A stretch of 64,000 nucleotides of DNA, taken from the NCBI RefSeq assembly GCF_009914755.1, contig NC_060932.1; one strand, given 5' to 3'. Every line of letters starts with the position of its first letter. Position 1 is the stretch's first letter. The stretch is from the human T2T-CHM13v2.0 reference genome, Homo sapiens. The notes under the pieces are model-generated. The model was not told where the DNA came from. It saw only the letters and a list, made by a program, of their open reading frames with translations, and searched no databases. A program made the position numbers and the translations under genes. Positions 60,990 to 64,000 of this stretch are shown one piece after another.

Positions 60990-61870
60990 CAAAGATTGAA
61001 GTCTAGTTACCCATTAAGAGTCTGTCATTGCATTAGTCCAGGTAAGAAATGTGGAAAGTCTGATCTGGGGTAGAAGCATTGGAAAATATAAAAGAACAGT
61101 AACAGCAGAAAACCCAAACCAAACCACAAACAAATCAAACGCCCAACTATGAGGGCTTTTTTGGGTAGAAGCTTTAATATTTTGTATACTCTCAGAAGTG
61201 GAGGTTTAAGTAGAATGGAGAACATAGGATGGGGCTAAGTCTCTAGTTTTGAAGACTAGATGGGTAGTGTCATTGACTGAGAATTGGAATGCAGGGGACA
61301 GAACAGCACTAGGAGGAAAAGGAAAATGAATTTGCTTTTGGACATGTTGAGCTGAGCCACAAATACTACTATGATTTTTGAAGATAAGAATGTGGAACTT
61401 GAGAAATAATTTGGGCCAAAAGTGAGAGATCTAAAAATTAACTAATCATGTATTTTGAAACCATCAATTGAGTGAGATGGCATAAGGAGAGCAATTAGAG
61501 GAAGAAAATACACAAACAAAAGGTAGGATGTTGGAGAGTCAATGTTTAAAGGATAGAGGAAGAGTAGAGTGTGCAGGTGACTTTGAGCTATCAAAGGCTG
61601 AAACAAAGAACTAGGAGAAGTTGATACTTTGAAAGCCAAGGAAGGATCTAGTTTTCAAAGAAAGGTCTCTTTAAAGTGGCAGGACTTGAGGGAAGTGGGT
61701 TGTGTGAAGACTGAAGAGGTCGCTGGATCTGGCAGTTAGAATGTCATTGGGGTTTTAGCTTCAGTAGAGCGTGTGAGCAAAAGCCAGACTGTCAGAACCA
61801 GTTGAGACACGAGTGGAAGCTGAGGATGTGAAGGATGATGGATAAACTATTCAAGGAGTTTGGTGGTAAC
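60990..61870 (-). mobile_element. L2 fragment
   Basis: ttttggacatgttgag...; ctggatctggcagttagaatgtcattgg...ttcagtagag...aagccagact. Confidence 0.6.
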
Positions 61871-62464
61871 TGCGAGGAGAGAAGGGGATGATTTTGTCTA
61901 GGGATGGGTAAGGCAGATGAGCCTAGCCAAGGGTAGAGAGACAATAAAAAGGGAACTAAAGCAGCGAAAACAGAAAGTGGCAGAAGGCAAATGGCATCTT
62001 TGGGGGAAGCATAGCAAGCACCCCCATGGCACTGGGAGATAAGACAAGGCAAAATTTTCTGAAATTTTCTGAGCCATCTTGCTGTGTAACATACCCATAG
62101 TAAAACATAGTAAAACTAAGAATGGGCAAGCTGTCACTTGTGTATTTTACAAATTCTGCTGCTTCTCCAGTGTACAGCTAGTGGAACTGCCTGGGATGGT
62201 CTTTGTGGCCCCTTGTGAACACATACCAGAGGCTCTCCCTCCCACACTGGGACAGTGAGGTGAACTGCATGGCACAGAATCTGATGAACTGGTTTAAAAT
62301 CCTCGCACTGAAACTTACAAACTCTCTCTTTGGGCAAACAACACAGCCTCTGTATGTCTCAGTTTCATATTTGGAAAACACATTTGATAATACCTCACAG
62401 GGCTGGCCTGAAATTCAAATCAGCTTCTGTAGGTAAAGTCCTGATAGGTAGGAAGTGTTTCTTC

Positions 62465-62784
62465 CTTTTCTTTTCTTTTTAATTAATTAATTAATTAATT
62501 AATTTATTGATCTCACTCTATCGCCCAGGCTGGAGTGCAGTGGCGCGATCTTGGCTCACTGCAACCTTCCCTCTTCCGGGTTCAAGCGATTCTCCTGCCT
62601 CAGCCTCCTGAGTAACTGGGACTACAGGCACATGCCACAATGCCCAGCTAACTTTTTCTAATTTAGTAGAGACGGGGTTTCACCGTGTTGTCCAGGCTGG
62701 TCTCAAACTCCTGAGCTACGGAAGTTCCCCCACCTCAGCCTCCCAAAGTGCTACGATTACAGGCGTGAGCCACGGTGCCCGGCC
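62465..62784 (-). mobile_element. AluS with (TTAA)n-containing tail
   Basis: dimer reverse complement ending cccggcc; flanks ggaagtgttt/ggaagtggttt. Confidence 0.93.
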
Positions 62785-63807
62785 GGAAGTGGTTTTTTTT
62801 TCCCCTCCATAAACTCCAAGCTTATCTCCCTCTCCTCTGTCTTGTCTATCCACAGACTGAGCTTGGCACGTGCTCAGACCAGCTTGAGAGTCACCAGCCT
62901 GGTCTGTCAGTCACCCTGTCTTTTCCAAGCCTGGAGGCATAAGGACAAGTTTAATAGAAGAAGGTTCTGAGAACTCCAGCGGGGCCTAGGGAATGCAGGA
63001 GAGGGAGTGTTCCGGGAGCCACCAGGGAGGGATGGCTTTCCTCCAGAAGGAACTTATGAGTAAGGACAAGGGCCACTTTAGGGGAGAGGCAAGTATGGAG
63101 GTTGCTTGCTATCCGATGGTCGTTCTTCCTCTATGAAGTTGAACTCTGGTTTTCTGTCTGATGTTCTGTTTTGTTTTGCTCTTGTTTTGTTGTTTGTTGT
63201 TGCTGAGAGGGCAGTGCCCTGAAGAGAACCGTAATGATTTGGACACACACTTTCAGGAATAGAAAAGGGAATTGAGCTTGGACATCTGAGGGTGGATGTA
63301 TGATAGGCTTTGTTCAATTATTCTTTTAAATGTGATTTTCTTAAACACAACATACAAATTTAGGAGCTCAAGTAGAGACGTAAGCACTTCTGGTTTATTA
63401 CATCTAGTATGAATAGGTTCAAATCTCAGAGATAATGACAACCATTTTTTAAACCATGGTGCAAATAGTATAAAACTTCTATTTTACATTTGATGCACAT
63501 ATCAGTCATTAGCCATGTAAAAAAAAGAAAATGATTTATCTGACATTTTAGTGTGATTATAGTTTCCTCAGCACTTGTTTTAAACAGCATTTTCTTAACA
63601 ATTCTTTTAGTATATACCTGGTATTATATTTTCATACCAAATAAAATTATTATGTCTGTGTTTTCAGCACTATTGGTTTGACCTAAAAATAATTGTTTTA
63701 GTTTGCATTATTTCTTTAAACATTTTATTTATATTTACTTTTCATGAGATAGATTTTTTGTTCTTCATTAAAAGTGTTATTAAATTTATTAAAAATTTTC
63801 AAATGTG

Positions 63808-63946
63808 AATTTATTAGAATTATATTATTAGCTATGTTAAAATCAAGATCTTTGATTTAATTATAATTGTAAATTGAAGAATTTACAATTTATTAAAATT
63901 ATATTAGCTATATTAAAATCATCTTTGATTTATAACATTGTAGTTG
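63808..63946 (+). repeat. Degenerate AT-rich tandem duplication, 2 copies about 80 bp apart
   Basis: aatttatta(g/a)aattatatt..agctat(g/a)ttaaaatca..tctttgattta...attgta occurs twice. Confidence 0.75.
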
Positions 63947-64000
63947 CCTCAAACAATCAAAAATTCAGGAAAAGCATTCTGTAGTAAATGTTTCATTGAT

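Overview
Human (or very close hominoid) genomic DNA. It covers about 54.5 kb of repeat-rich intergenic sequence, then the CpG-island promoter, coding exon 1 (ATG 54834, GT donor 54975) and the first 9 kb of intron 1 of PREX2, a Rac GEF I recall maps to 8q13. PREX2 is the only host coding sequence I can support; nearly all other ORFs in the track are L1, HERV-W or Alu derived, or are chance ORFs. Transposable elements: three L1PA3-5-type copies, an L1-mobilised HERV-W (HERV17/LTR17) processed pseudogene, about 13 Alus, MaLR/ERVL/ERV1 solo LTRs, hAT MITEs (MER5, MER30, MER45, MER81), and old L1M/L2/MIR fragments. I do not see a new gene system. The strongest unexplained signals are: (i) a mosaic of shared non-consensus variants, including one nonsense codon, among the three neighbouring L1PA copies, suggesting local ectopic gene conversion; (ii) a probable DNA-repair scar made of a (GT)n tract, a perfect 19-bp fold-back and a tail-less internal AluY piece; (iii) the doubly deleted HERV-W retrocopy; (iv) possible uORF, near-cognate-start, Z-DNA and G4 control elements around PREX2 exon 1. 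Repeat subfamily names come from recalled consensus sequences, not a database search, and boundaries of old repeats are approximate.
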